From Spongospora subterranea f. sp. subterranea (taxonomy: Eukaryota), in assembly GCA_049724395.1 (NCBI GenBank), contig JAUGWO010000069.1, positions 124,001-188,000 on the forward strand: a stretch of 64,000 nucleotides of DNA. The letters run 5' to 3'. A program made the translations under genes and the position numbers. Positions 13,478 through 26,940 of this stretch are shown piece after piece. Numbering within the stretch: the first letter of the stretch is position 1; every line of letters starts with the position of its first letter. The notes under the pieces are model-generated. The model saw only the letters and a program-made list of their open reading frames with translations. It had not been told where the DNA came from and did not search any database.

Positions 13478-14401
13478 ATGTTCCGCTCTCTGCAAAAAAT
13501 TATTCGTAGGCGATCATCGCCATGGGCAGGGCAAAATTATCCAGCAATATCGTGTCCTGCTCAAAGGCGTATCTATACTCCACTCGCAATACTACTTGGG
13601 ATTGCAGGCGCATCGTGGTGGGTTAACGGGAAGGTCGATTCCCACACTACGGAAGCTAAAGAAAATAGCCAAAATGTGGAACCTATCACCCCTAGCGTAG
13701 TCGAGCAAGAGAACCAGACATTGCTTCAATTCATTCGGGAGAAAGGGAAGGATTCGTTCAGTGTGGTTGAACCGACCAGATCGTTGTGCTGGGCAATGCA
13801 GCAAGCCCATGAACAGGATAAGGAGAATTCCGACATTACCACGGCCATCGTGTTGTTGAATCAGGTTCATGGTACGATTTTATAGTCGTCTTTGTCAAGA
13901 TCCTGACATGATAGTATAGGAATTGCAAGTATCGCGACCGACGCTCCAGATGAGGAGATACGACAAGCTGAGCTATCTGCTATATCTGAGCAGCTGTCTG
14001 CTGCATGGCTACAAGCAAATGACACATCACGAGCAGCATTATGGATGGAGAGGTCTCTCCATCATATACGTCATTGCACAAAGAGGTCGACCCGCAAGCA
14101 CGAGTCCAGCCTTCTTTCATCATACTCCTCCTGTTTATATCAATCTGGACGAATTCCCGAAGCTGAAAGTTCTGCCCGAAAGGCAATTTCATTAGCCGAA
14201 CCCGCCTCTGACGATTTGTGCATCGGCCATTATCGATTGGGACTGGCTTTGGCAGCAAAAGATAATTGTCTCGCCGAAGCTAAAGAAGAGCTCCGCACAT
14301 GTTCACGCCTCGCTAAACGACGAGGAGCAAGTGTCCGTTCCACGTTGATTGCTGCTCAAGAGGAACTGAAGGCCCTGGAGAATCGCCCTCATATTATATG
14401 A
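13478..14401 (+). CDS. Hypothetical TPR-like protein with basic N-terminus and one hydrophobic segment (possibly mitochondrial)
   Basis: Arg-rich N-terminus MFRSLQKIIRRR, hydrophobic LAILLGIAGASWW, TPR-like LYQSGRIPEAESSARKAISL and GHYRLGLAL; one intron near 13866-13919. Confidence 0.55.
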
Positions 14402-14727
14402 TGTTTGATAGTTTGACCCGCTAATTCAACGCCCATTTGGTGGAATGATAAACACACAGTGTATTTATGCGGTGGCTGCGTCCCTGTGAAGCCTGAGCAT
14501 CATCACGCGGGATCCCTGTCCCTCCCAGGTGTAATTATTCCGGCCCATTGATTTGTTTCAGCTCAGCAACGACCCCCTGTGGGGCTGTGGCTTGTCCTTG
14601 TTGCCTGTGACGGAAATCGCCAGCTGTCGTTCAGTTAAGGAGTGTTTGGACTGGACTCAGAGTCTGTGCCATCTCTGTTAAATATCACGCTACTGCATTG
14701 CGGTAAAATTGGCACTTCTCAGTTCAA

Positions 14728-17319
14728 ATGAATCGACCGCGAATCGATTCCGGTGACGCCGTCGGGTCTCATCTCCTAGCGGATGCCGAGAAACAGGACA
14801 CGAAGACGGAGGGGGTGGCTCCTCAGGCATGGCTCAGGTTCCTCCGCCACCTGTTGAGGTCCGACCGCCTTTATAGTCATTCGTTAACTCTAGCATGGCA
14901 TCAATACGTGATTGATATGCTTCCAAAGGAAATTCATAGGAAAAATCCAGATTACGCTGCCATATGGATTGGCCTAGCCCAATGTCAGGCGTAGGTATAC
15001 CATATAAACATGACATTTCTTATCTGATTCTTCGATGAATTAGGTTAAGTGACAAATGTGAAGCTCGAACAACGTTCAAATATATGAAACTGGAACGGAT
15101 CGGGTTAGATTTGCCTTTGTTCTACGAGTGCTGGAGTGAACTTGAAATGAGGTCTGGAAGTGTCACCAAAGCGAAAGCAATTACTGCTCAGGGCAAGCGG
15201 CGCCTTGCTGGCCAAAATGCACAGTCAGATTTGACAAGAGATACTCAGCAATTCACGCAGACAATGGCGTCCATTGCTCAGGCTCCTGTTCAAACGCCTT
15301 CTCTACCGTTGTCGTCAACTTCCAATGAACCCACCACAGCTACTTTGATGACTGAAGATTTCCCTAGTCCAGCATGCAACTTTTCGACTGCTAATCTACC
15401 AGGTCTCAAGGTCATTACGCAGACGACGTTACCTTCTATCACCGCAAATACTGTGCAGTCTAATAGTAGCAACACCGCTCCAATTGAAAGGTCAAGGGAT
15501 CCGCCGATCAGAAGGTTTGACTGGTCGCAGCTATCGCCATCTCCAGAAAAACCGGAACCAGCAATCAAGGCATCCAATGCACTTCCGACCATACCTAAGA
15601 AAAAGATCAGATTTGAGGACGCTATTGGCGAAAATCCCCCGGTAACGCCAAAAATTCCCTCTTCATCTGATAAGGAGAATCTCTCTGCCGTTCCGGGTCA
15701 GATACCGCCAGCTCTAAAACCTCCCACAGCGGCTTCCGCTGTTTCCTCCCCTCATCGTTCCGTCCTGGTCAGTTTTAACACATATTTTGTAATTTTCAAT
15801 GACGTCTTTTTTTCAGGTAAATGGGATCAGCTATCTCATCTTAGAAATGGTGGGTAAAGGTGGCAGCGGGCAAGTATACAAGGTTGATGTTTGTGAAAGT
15901 GAAAATAATGGGTGATTTACACATCAGAAAATAGGTTGTTGGAGAAAACAAACAGATATACGCCGTCAAAAGAGTCAAATTGAATGACAATCCAGACGCG
16001 CTTGAATCAATCCGAAATGAAATTCGATTGCTTCAGAAGCTGAAAGGGAGACCTGCCATTATTGAATTGGTTGATTCACAAGAAGCTCTTGCTCAGAACG
16101 TCATCTGGATGGTATGCTCCTCAAATCTGTCACTTACCATATCCCTCAAATATCGCTGTTAGGTATTCGAGTTTGGGTTCGTAGCTGCTCGAGTTGGCAA
16201 CAACCTCCGTCCTAATTGTTATTTATAGAGAAATCGATCTGGCTAGAATGCTGAGGAATCAAAATGGGCAGTCAATGAACATTAATTATATACGAACATG
16301 TTTGCGAACTGTTGCTTTTACTGTGCTCTTGCCATTCCAATGGTGTTGTTTTAGATTGGCAACAAATGCTAGAGGCTGTTCAGACTATTCACGGCGAGCG
16401 AGTAGTCCATTCGGATTTGAAGCCAGCCAATTTTATGATCGTCAAGGGGTGTCTGAAATTAATTGACTTTGGCATTGCCCTGGCAATACAAGGTACTACT
16501 TGCCTACCCCATCAAGCAAGGTTTTTGGTTGAGAAGCTAATATTCTAGGGGACGATACTACTCATATTGTTCGTCATTCACAGATCGGTACCATCAATTA
16601 CATGGCTCCTGAAGCTATAACAGGCCCTACTGGGGGAACCAAGTCTTTCAAGGTAATACACTATATTTGGATTTCCATCGCTTTCTCTAACTTCCTTGAG
16701 CGCGTAGCTTGGGCGTCCAAGTGACATATGGTCGTTAGGATGTATTCTTTATCAAATGTGCGTTCAACGCCAAGTTATTTACTACTTTTCTGATCGTTCA
16801 TAGGGTTTATGGTCGAACTCCTTTTCATGATCTCAATTTCGTACAAAAATTGCATGCGATCACTGATCCTAAACACCCCATTCCCTTTGATATCCCGTCG
16901 TTGATCCCTGAGGCTCTTCTTCCAGACGTTATTGATGTCATTAGGTAAGCATCATGTATAGGTAGTTCCATAAATATCAAGGATGTTGATAGGCTATGTC
17001 TAAATCGTGTTCCTTCTCAACGACCTACTATACCTGAACTACTACGACATCGGTTCCTTACGACTGTCCCATTAACGACACCTGTCCCTGCTGTCACGAA
17101 GGATCAACTTCAATCACTAATCGCTCAGTTGGCTTCATCAGGACTATCGTCAGCAGATTTAACTAATCCCAGTGTTGTAGACGTAATAATTTATGTTCAT
17201 CCCATACTGACTAGTATTTATATTTCTTACTCTTGCAGGCCATTCATTGGCAGTTACAGCAAGGAATTGACGTCAACGTAAAATCCGCCATTGTCGATAT
17301 ATCCAAAGAAAGGAAATAA
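14728..17319 (+). CDS. MPS1: Mps1/TTK dual-specificity spindle checkpoint kinase
   Basis: [61 protein letters not shown] and [14 protein letters not shown]-terminal TPR-like region; 14-nt microexon 16163-16176. Confidence 0.93.
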
Positions 17320-17459
17320 CCTCCCCAATAATTGTGTTGTTCACAATTTTAATTTACATGCCAATTTATATCTATGGGAATACATTATCTTATAGTTGCT
17401 TATTCTCACATGGGCCAGTGATCAGCGAACAGTACCTGGAAATACGGGTATCAATTACG

Positions 17460-19165
17460 ATGAGTAAAGGTCGTCAGGGCAATAATAGGCTTGACAACAT
17501 GAGTGACAAATCAGGCAACGCACTGTTATTGGAAGCGTTCGAAAGGTATTCAGGGCGTGAGACGTAAGTGCCGTTGACATGCTAAACCTCAAGTAATACA
17601 ATCAATGTTCCTCTAGCCTGGACTTGTCATACAATCATCTGGGCGGTAAACCAGATCACTTCGTCGCGATATGCGAGGTGCTCTCATTTCCAATGATCAA
17701 AGCTCGATTTTTGGATTTACGTCATAATGGGCTTGACCGATTTGCCGCCGATCGGATCGCCAACATGATCTCCGTCAACCAATGCATTGAGCGCATCGGT
17801 CAGAGGGGAACACCTTATGCCTTTGAAAACAACGTGTCTAAATCCCTCTTTAGATCTGCGATTTAATCTCATTGGCACAGCCGGTGCATTATCAATATGC
17901 TCTGGATTGCACGTGAATCGCCATATCAAGGAATGCGATTTATCTGGTAACCTGGTCGATCCTTCAGTTATGGACCGTATTTGTGAGCAACGTCAGAAAT
18001 CCGAATTATCTCATTATGATTGGAAATCTGGTTTTTAGACGAATACTGTCGTCGAAATCGGTTATCTGGCTCGGGTTTAGCAGAAACCCCCGTTCCTGTT
18101 CAGTTAACACCACCGTCTAGATCTTTCGACGAAAGTTCCGATCACGTCAAAAGATCGTTGATGCGCTTCGATAGGAAGGTATTGTCTACTAGATCATTGG
18201 CTGAATCCAATTCACCAATGAGGTAGGAGAAGGAACACATGTTGTGTGAGATGGGGAAGCTTCAGAACCGATTGGCGGTCTCCCGCAAGAACGAGCGTCT
18301 GGCTGAGATTCGCAATCATGAGCTATTATCAACATATTCAAGGACATGCCGGGATCACGACCGTATCATAGCAGAAATGTTAAAAAAACAAGATATGGAG
18401 AAATCAGAGCACGCATTATACGTCAACCATCTTCAAGGTATGAACAGTAATATCGATAACTTGCCCTCCATAAACGCGGCGATTAGCGCGACAAGTTATG
18501 GAGAGCGAACAGTTCCAGATTGAGCGACAACAAATGGAGGATAATATTCAGGTAAATACCACCGGTTTCTTGCCTGCATCTCTGGTGAAAATTTACAACA
18601 GCTGTGGACATCCCGATGCGAATCAATCGACATGAAATCTTTGATTGAGAAAGAAAGAACTCTAGCTGCGATGAGCTACGCTTCTATACAACATCATCAC
18701 CAACAAGCTTTACAACGGATCACTGGTTTACAATCCGACCTCGACGTATCTGAACGACACCAAACGCAGATGTCGCACGAGCTGTGCAGATGTAAAAAAC
18801 AGCTGGAATTAAAGACAAAACAATATGAACAATGTACCCGCGACCTGGAAGAATCAACGAAGAATGAAAATGAGGGAAGACGTGCCCTATCAGAACTACA
18901 AGAGAAACTGTATCGAGTTGAGGGCGAAGTGAAATACATGGTGGAGGGAGAATCATTGAAGAAAGCGCAGCGGATTGAATCAGACCGGGCTCTGGAAGAG
19001 GAATTGACGACGCTTAGGGTGGAGATGAAGAAATATGCCAAGAAGGAATATGCGGATAAAGCAATTATCAGACAGTACCGACAACATAATCGATACAATC
19101 TTACTAAAGCAATGCGACAGATTGATGAAATATTCAACGAAGAAGATTCAGATTTTTATACATAA
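17460..19165 (+). CDS. RI-type leucine-rich repeat plus coiled-coil protein (LRRC45-like)
   Basis: LDLSYNHLG, LDLRHNGLD, DLRFNLIGTAGA and CDLSGNLV followed by long coiled-coil exons; start codon uncertain. Confidence 0.65.
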
Positions 19166-19197
19166 AGACTTAAAAAAGCGACCAGGGCTGATTTCTT

Positions 19198-20218
19198 TCA
19201 TGGTGCTGACAGCTGGAAGAATCCAATGGACCCACCGGCGTTAGCCGTTGGGAACTTGAAGACAGTGTATAGAGGGTGAAGTACAGGAATGCCAAGCGAC
19301 CATTTACTGGTTTGCGATGGGCGAAAAACAGTGGAACACGATAGCGATATGGGATCGAACCGAATCCAATACCTCGAATCAATCGTCAACGCCTTCCCAT
19401 GTAAATGAAGAACGAAATCGGGCCAGGAAACGTCAGATCTGCATTGCGTCACAATCCCCAAGGCGTTAGCGCCAAGTCGCCTCATGATGGTCTCGTAACA
19501 CTGTCGTGGAACAGATATGATCGTGGAGCCCGTATCGATCTGAACCTGTGCCCGATTAGCGATATACAGATATCCTAGCGTGATGGAGTCCATCTCGACC
19601 GCCCATGAGCTGGACGATATGATCGGCGCCCAGATCATCTTGTCAACAGTTTCGTCGGCGATACGCCCAATATCGACCTGTTCCTGGCGATACGATATGG
19701 CGATTATCGGGGCATCCGCTCGCTTCAACATCGATGCCGCCGCTAGGCTGTCGGGTCGCAAAGCCAGTACACCATAATAGCTGGACCCGATTGAAGAGAG
19801 ATTGGTCTGAGAGACAAGACCGAAATGGAACGGAAAAGGAGGCGACGATGGGTGGAAATGACGCCAGATCGTTGGATGAAATCCCATCAGATGTCGTCTG
19901 GTCGGCGTAGTCGATGTGGAATACGGAGTGGTTGGTGTGGAAGGTGGTGGATCGAGACGGATCGAACAGATGTGGGATACGATCCGGATGCGATCGCTGC
20001 AGATCAATGGAGGGGATCCAGGAGTGGCTGGATCCTGTGTCGACTTCCATCTCGATCACATCCCCGGATGATCCAATGCTCAGATCAATGATGTACATCA
20101 TCTTGGATTGATCCAGGCATCGTAGTCGGATTCGCAATTCATAGCCAAACATCAGCTGCATCTGGGTGGCGACCAAAATCGCTAGAAACCACCCTGGACC
20201 GACGTGGATCACAACCAT
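19198..20218 (-). CDS. Pepsin-like (A1) aspartic protease, intronless, probably secreted, one apparent frameshift
   Basis: Both catalytic motifs (VDTGSS, IDTGST), flap IDYAD and terminal WSLGIPVL..YTVF..IGF; hydrophobic N-terminus. Removing one base near 19850-19852 joins the two frames. Confidence 0.85.
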
Positions 20219-20401
20219 TGGATGGACCTGTACGTTTCTATTCAAATTGATGATCTTTTCTGTTATAATTTTTGTCAAACCAGGAAGATCGGAAGGTGCA
20301 GACAACACATTGACTCATCAATCAAATCAATAAAAAACTAGCGTTCAACCAGAATGGAAATCGACCGAATAGGATGTGATTGATGAATGGAGAAAAAAAA
20401 A

Positions 20402-20485
20402 TGCATCCGACGGTATTCGAAACCGCGCCTTCTAACGAAGATCTGAACTTGAGTCAGACGCCTTAGACCGCTCGGCCACAGATGC
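20402..20485 (-). tRNA. tRNA-Leu (CAA)
   Basis: Reverse complement folds as acceptor stem GCATCTG/CGGATGC, D-arm GCCGAGCGGTCTAAGGC, anticodon arm TCTGA-CT-CAA-GT-TCAGA, long variable arm and TTCGAAT loop, followed by an oligo-T Pol III terminator. Confidence 0.9.
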
Positions 20486-21048
20486 TTATATATTGTTTCC
20501 ACGTCGGAAACTGCATGAAAGCCAATTACCATGAATGTCTGACCAATGCGTCCCAGCGAACTGGGGCCAGTATTAAATTTCGTTTAATAGCTATGCAGGA
20601 ATGCAGTTTTTTGTTGTTGCCACAGAAGTTGAGGTCGAACGTCATTGAATCACAATCGCTACCGAGCGAGGAAAATCTCCGACTTTGAATGACGGAGAGT
20701 CAATGACGATCCGCAGGTTGTTTGCCGAAGCCGAACTAAGTTGAGTTTTCCAGCTAGAGCAAGCGTCGTTGTCGTCGCCATGGCAGCTGAGGTTCCGCAT
20801 CACACGGTTTGTGGTCGTGGAGTACCCGTAACATTAGGTGACTGGTTGTGTGTACGTGGTTGTGTATCGAAAAGGAGGTATCCTCTCATGGAAACGGTGC
20901 ATACAAGAGCAGACAGGGCGGAGCCCAGTCTCGTACATGTGATCAAGAAATCACCAACTGACATTACCAGCAAGATCCTGTTACACAGTGTGTAGGAGGA
21001 TGTTGATTATGGATTGTATCCCGTTAACGTGTTTCAGAATCGTATTTG

Positions 21049-21741
21049 ATGATGGTTGTTAGCGCTGTCCGATTGTATGCCATTAGTTTCGTCGTATTAA
21101 CGCGTGGCGGCGCCGGCAATTCCTCTCCCGCCGTGTGCCAGAAACTTCAATTGCTGTCGGTGTTCATCATCAATGTTAAATCAACAGAAGAAACTATCGA
21201 GGTCAAGCAGGAGATCGAAAATTCAATATTAAAGTCGCAGCTGTCAGCGTAGGGCTATCGTTCGTGAACTCGCATTTCCAGTAATTGCGTCAGTTTATCA
21301 GGTATCTTCCTGAGGACAGGTTCTTGGTCTGCTTAAACGCACGTCAACTGTCCGCAATCAAGGAATTGGGGATTCCTGTTGTTCAAAACACCGAGAATAT
21401 TTTGACACCTAGTGCGGTCGATAGAACAATTGTTTCTGGATCTCAAATTATCGTCGAGTTATGTGAAAACAAAAATAGAAATTGGAATTTGTATATGCAA
21501 TATGTCAATGAAACCTTCAATGAAGTCAGGATATCAGCCACTGCGAAAAAAATGTCTCCAACAAGAATCCTCATTGAGTTTAATGGTACAGAAAGCTTCA
21601 ACATTAGAACCTACCATTTATATATGCTCATGTTTGAAAACACTAGATGTACCGACCACAGCTGATCCTGTTTGGGAGCGTATTGCTAGTTTATGTGAAG
21701 CGATTTGGGTGGAATTTAAATCTAAACCGGCTTTATTATAA
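21049..21741 (+). CDS. Small putatively secreted protein resembling a subtilisin (S8) N-terminal prodomain
   Basis: Hydrophobic N-terminus, spliced YLPEDRFLV and terminal IASLCEAIWVE; no catalytic domain follows. Confidence 0.4.
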
Positions 21742-21771
21742 TTTCTAACCCAATTTTCTCAAAGTACCACC

Positions 21772-22902
21772 TTAGTACAGCTTTACAGGAATTTTTTCAA
21801 CCATATACTGACCCGTAGAGAAGTTGATTCTGAGTTCAATTTCAAATGCAATCTAAAGAATAAATTAACAATCTGTGCAAGCCAGGATCGCAGAGTTCTA
21901 CTGAGAAATCTTCGTGGGTAATGGTTGGGCAGGATCTCTTTTTAGGCCACATGAAGAGAAAAGGGATTGGCATCTCCCTGGCGACATTTCCTGTGGCGAC
22001 CTCTATAGATGTAATCTCACTCTTCTCAGAGATCGCGCCTTCGGTGTACTCTATTGAATCAACTCATTGGTTGATCCAGGTTTTGGCATGATATGCCCAA
22101 CTAGAAATTTACCACATGTCTCGATCCGATGCATTATCAAAGCTATCGACGAGATTTGTTTTGTCGACCGTAGAATCGCGATCTCCCCCGCTAATGGTTC
22201 ATTTCTTATACTGCAAACTGTGCTATCAACAGACCCTTCAATATCTATTTCCAGGTCGATTTGATCTTCGTTTTCACCTAACTCGGTTGTTTTTTTCAAA
22301 ATCCCAAATTAAATTGGATTCAAATTACACTGACCATAACTGTGACAATATCCATGGGATTTGAAAGGATGACGGCTGGGACGAAATTCGTGAATGGGAG
22401 AGTTCGCCAAGATCGCAAAATCCTTCACGGCTTTTGGCGATGATGGGATAAATCCTTTTCCAGTGTAAACGGATACCCAATATCTTATGGAAATGTATTT
22501 CCCTTTGTAAGTTGGGAAAATCCCACGATGGCCACCAGGTTTGGGTGCCTGTAAGCGAAACTGGAACGGGAACTGGGCAAGGCCTGGTTGAACTGTGAAA
22601 AGTAGTCAACCACTCTAGAGCAACGCGGATTCGTTCTGCGATCAGGGAGTCTGACCCTTTTTTAGCTGAACCAGAGACAGTTGTTGATGTTGTATAACAA
22701 TCGGTTTCAGTGACGAATAGAAAGCCTCGAACAGCCCGACCGTTCGTGGTGACAGGTTCAAAAATACGCCACCTTCCACAACCAAACGAATGTTCGGCGT
22801 TGCTGCTTGAGCACCTTCTCCAACGAAACAAACGCTCCCTCGTATCTCTTGATCGGCGGTATATTCTTGACTGGAATTCTCGAACTCAATTGAGAAGGAC
22901 AT
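21772..22902 (-). CDS. VPS26C: VPS26C/DSCR3 (Retriever complex subunit)
   Basis: LSPRTVGLFEAFYSSLKPI, PTYKGKYISIRY, HRIETC, IEVATGNVAREMPIPFLFMWP..SCPT and terminal EKIPVKLY*. Confidence 0.9.
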
Positions 22903-24637
22903 GTTCCGCCGAAAAAAACAGCTTTGAATGCAATTCGACAGTGCAGAAACCTGTCTGTCACAGTGTTAAACTAAAACAACGATATTTGATAGCTATCGTG
23001 GAGTATGTAATCGCCCTCGGAAACGCTGTGATTGAAAACAGAACTACTGAGTTATACAGGTCGATGATGTGAACCTTACAACTTCGAGACCCCTTAGACG
23101 ATAATCATGGAAAGCATGTCTCTGGTTTATATATCTATATAACTTGGGGAAGATGTTGAAACTGGGGAGTCAGTTTGGAGAGGTCGAACAATCGTCAGGT
23201 CAGGAGCCGTAAATGACCTGAACGATTCCGCCGCACTGGCGAACAGTACGTTGAGAGCCAATATCAGCACCAGCACTTGATGATGAACGGCGTTTGGCAG
23301 AGGTCAGCAAACGCCCATTTCTGTAGTGCCATTCTCTAAATACGGTTCCTTGGGAGGAACAACGAGCTAGTCTGCACTGGGTCATCAAGAGGAATTGTTT
23401 CTGTGGTAGCTTTGAAGCTGTTGTCATTGCATTTTGAGGAATTCTCAGATGGGTGATGCTTTGACAGTGGGGGATATCTCGACGAACGAGCGTGAGATTG
23501 TGCAGAAGGCCCAGTCGTCAGAACCTGATATTTGCAAGAGGCTGCCAAACGACTGTTATCGTATGGTGTCCAATGCCCTTTAAGCAGAGCCCCTCTCTCG
23601 TCCTCGGGTATCATGACTTGGGGAATCAGCCGGACGGGGGTTGGTATAACAGGATGGACCTTCTCAGCATATGTAAACACTGATCCGACGAGAGGCCATA
23701 CAGAGTCCAGGAGAGGATCCTCTGGAGCATACAACGACCTAAACGGATGCATTTTCGGAAAAACGTTTATGCCGATCCGTTGGTGGGTGGACCCCTGGTT
23801 AGGTCATGGTGGTCGTTTTGTGCCGAGCAGTTGGCCGTTTGGTCCACCGTAAATTGACTGTGATCAGCAGCTATATATAGATTCTTCGGAAATAATCACA
23901 GTCATAATTCTGGTCGATACCCGGAGCCGGTACCCGGCCGACTGCGGTGGCGTGGCTGAGTACATGAGGGTAGATTTTGGGGGTTCGGGGACCAGAATAG
24001 GGGAGAGGAAAAAGGGGAAGGGAAAGAGAAGGAGAAAAGCAGGGAGAACAACGGGAAAACCCCGAGGAGGGGAGGATAAGAAGAAGACGTAGGGATATGA
24101 AGAAAGAAAAAAGGGAGGAAGATACAAAAAGGCGTAATGACATGCAACAAAACGAAATCGGTTTTTATGGTTTCATTGCACAGTGTTTGGAGACACATTA
24201 GCGAATACAGAGTGGTGACAGTGGTGATGAAGACCTTTTGAATCACCACAATATGATTACGTGTAGGGAGACCATCTCAGCAACGTATAAAGATTTATTC
24301 GAATTCGCAGAATATTGTTCTTCTTGATCAGCTATGTAGCAGTGGTGGTGGTTCGCCCTAGGCTGTCATCTCCCTCTCCAGTTCCCGCCGCCAAATGGGT
24401 TCAGGGGGGGCTCTCGATTACCACCCCTACACATACATGCAACAATTCGAAGTGTTTAGGATTTTTTACTAGTATCCGAACTGGTTGGATATGAGTCTAT
24501 TCAGCGGATTGGCTCTTAAAAAAAATGAAACAATCTTGCTAAAAATCGGTTTACGATAAAGTGACTTGACCTGGCGCAATGGTGTTCCAAAAAACTATGC
24601 CCGCAGGTTGTAGTTATTACAGCAGCATTGCTTTTAA

Positions 24638-24802
24638 GAATGACCGCTCGATGCCTCAGCTAATGTTCAATCAACAATGATATTGTTTATCCTAGGAATC
24701 GTGAAGAATATACAAGTGGAAGCGACTGAATTGACCATTCAATGCCTCAGCTCATGTTCAATCAACAGTGATATTGTTTATATTAGGAATCGTGAAGAAT
24801 AT
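24638..24802. repeat. Tandem duplication, period about 91 bp, two copies
   Basis: ATGCCTCAGCTaATGTTCAATCAACAaTGATATTGTTTATccTAGGAATCGTGAAGAATAT at 24651 recurs nearly identically at 24742. Confidence 0.85.
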
Positions 24803-24873
24803 TCGGATAGCGCAACGTTAGGAAATGTCGGGTGCTGATCGGGCGGAGGAAATCCTAAAACCTGTTCAAAAAT

Positions 24874-26689
24874 CTACAATGACCAAGTAGTTTGAAGCCA
24901 TTTCTTACGATGATACCGGCTGTGGTTGAAGCTAACGTCCGACATTCCCCTGATTACCGATTCGTTGAATGCGTCCCGACTTTCCGACAACGGAAGCCGT
25001 ACCCGAGAGTCTTTTGGTTGTTTTTTACCCGTTTCCATCTGAACTCTTATGTCGCCCGAGCCAGATGGTCTGGCGCCGGGATTATCTCGATATTCCACCC
25101 TCATTTCTTGGCCGATCATATTCAACGCTCCTCCAACTTGGTCCCTATGGTATGTTTGAGTTGGGCGCCTGGCGAACCTTGTCGGATCTCTGAACGCATC
25201 GTCATTTTCCGATGTTGGACCCCAAACATTTTCACGTTTTCTCATAGCGTCTTGCCAACGCGGAACTTGTTCTGGGGCTTGAGTATGCTCTTGAACCAAA
25301 AATTGTTGCGATTCAGCATCGAAACCGCCTGATGGTTTCATGGATCCCACACGTTCATCCCGTTCTGATGGATTCATATACGTACTTGTCGACTGGCTAA
25401 TTGGTTGAAATGTTCTTGGATTCAATACCGCCGGAATCTCAACTTCGGAAGGCTGTACCGTTTGGGCAACTGTTGGTGCTAACTGCGGTGTGACAGCTGG
25501 AACACTGTCCTCCGCTTCATGAACCTCGGGCGTTGCGACATATCTTGCAGACGGAACCGTGAATTCGTCTTCATATTCTGACCGTTCTGGGCCTGGACGC
25601 CTCGCGGGTAATATTGCAGGATACTGTGCAGCAGCTTGTCGTCGACCGGAGACGCGTTCGCCTCTGATCAATTTCCGACGTTTGGCTTGTGGACGACTGT
25701 CAGGGGACGATTCCACGCGATCTGTTGTCTGGATTTCCGCTGATGGAGAAATGGGTGGAGTAGTTAGAGTTGAGTATCTTTCAAAGAGCTCTTGCCCCTT
25801 TTTTTGCTCAATTTTCAAAATTTCGTTCCAGTCAATTCCTGTATCCTTTTGTAGCAATGGCCATCGTCCTGGAGCTTGTGGTGTTGTGGACGGTGGTACC
25901 GATTGTGTGAGATTAGGCCGTAAATCATCCTGAACTGGTACAGAGAAGGCTTGAGGCGTTGCCAATGCTTGCTCCGGTTCCTTCAAAGTTCGAGGCATCG
26001 GTGTTGTTCTTATTTTCAATGGCGATATTGGAGTCGGTTGTGGTGCAATGCTCGAGTCAGCATCCTTAGCAGGTGTGCCCTTTTTTTCAACTTCTAAACG
26101 ATCTTCAGTGTCGGTATCCGATCTATATGAGAACGATGATTCTGAGCGGTCCATTGTTTGCGATTGTCGTCTGTGATCCTCAGAAGAATTGATCCAGTCC
26201 TGTACGTTCACGTTGTCATTCGGTCGTTCTCTTGCTGATACGTCAATCCCAGTCACCTGAATCTGCACTGGACTGCCCCCTGTTTTACCCGGGTCTGGAG
26301 CGCCTGGCACAAATGCCGCCCCATCCTTTTCTCGATATAATCGAGCTTGCAATTCCGGCTCCAGGTAATGGGATTCTGCATTAGAACGACAATGACGACA
26401 AGAGAGAGATCGGTTTAAGTTCCAGTAAAACCAATTGAATTTGTTCTCCAGACCGTGCTTGCACCCACTGTGAACGGGATTTACGGCGACGCCATCAATA
26501 ACCCGATACATAATTGCATGAGATATGCCTCTATGCAAAACCTGTGCGTACCTCCGATCTCGGCAACGACCGACCGACTAAATCACTCTTTTCAACGCTA
26601 TTAATATCGACAAGCTTCCTATAGAGTTCATCGTTGTTCAACGTTGAATTTTCGCTCCAGCCGTGAGGTGAACCGTTCATGATGACCAT
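24874..26689 (-). CDS. Hypothetical protein: Cys/His-containing N-terminal domain and long Pro/Ser/Thr-rich region
   Basis: 554-codon open frame plus a short upstream exon; GCKHG...CRHC near the N-terminus; NLS-like AKRRK. Confidence 0.7.
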
Positions 26690-26940
26690 TCATTCTTGGC
26701 CATTCCGGTCGCCATATGTACACATACATAGTGTATCCATGATTGTACTGTGAGCCCCACACCATGTACGACTAGGTACTACTGTTACACAACGCTGAGA
26801 TTGTTCAGCTGAGGGTGTATCTTGATGATATGTAACAGATCATTGAGGATCATAATCGATAATATGATGTGTCTGATTGGTTGGAGACCCGAATAAGCGT
26901 GCGTTCGCTGCGGCCGATTGATGTGGGTTTGGGCGGGGGG

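Noticed and set aside
14470..14630. GC-rich intergenic stretch as an ncRNA
   Set aside because: No snRNA, SRP or tRNA signature recognised
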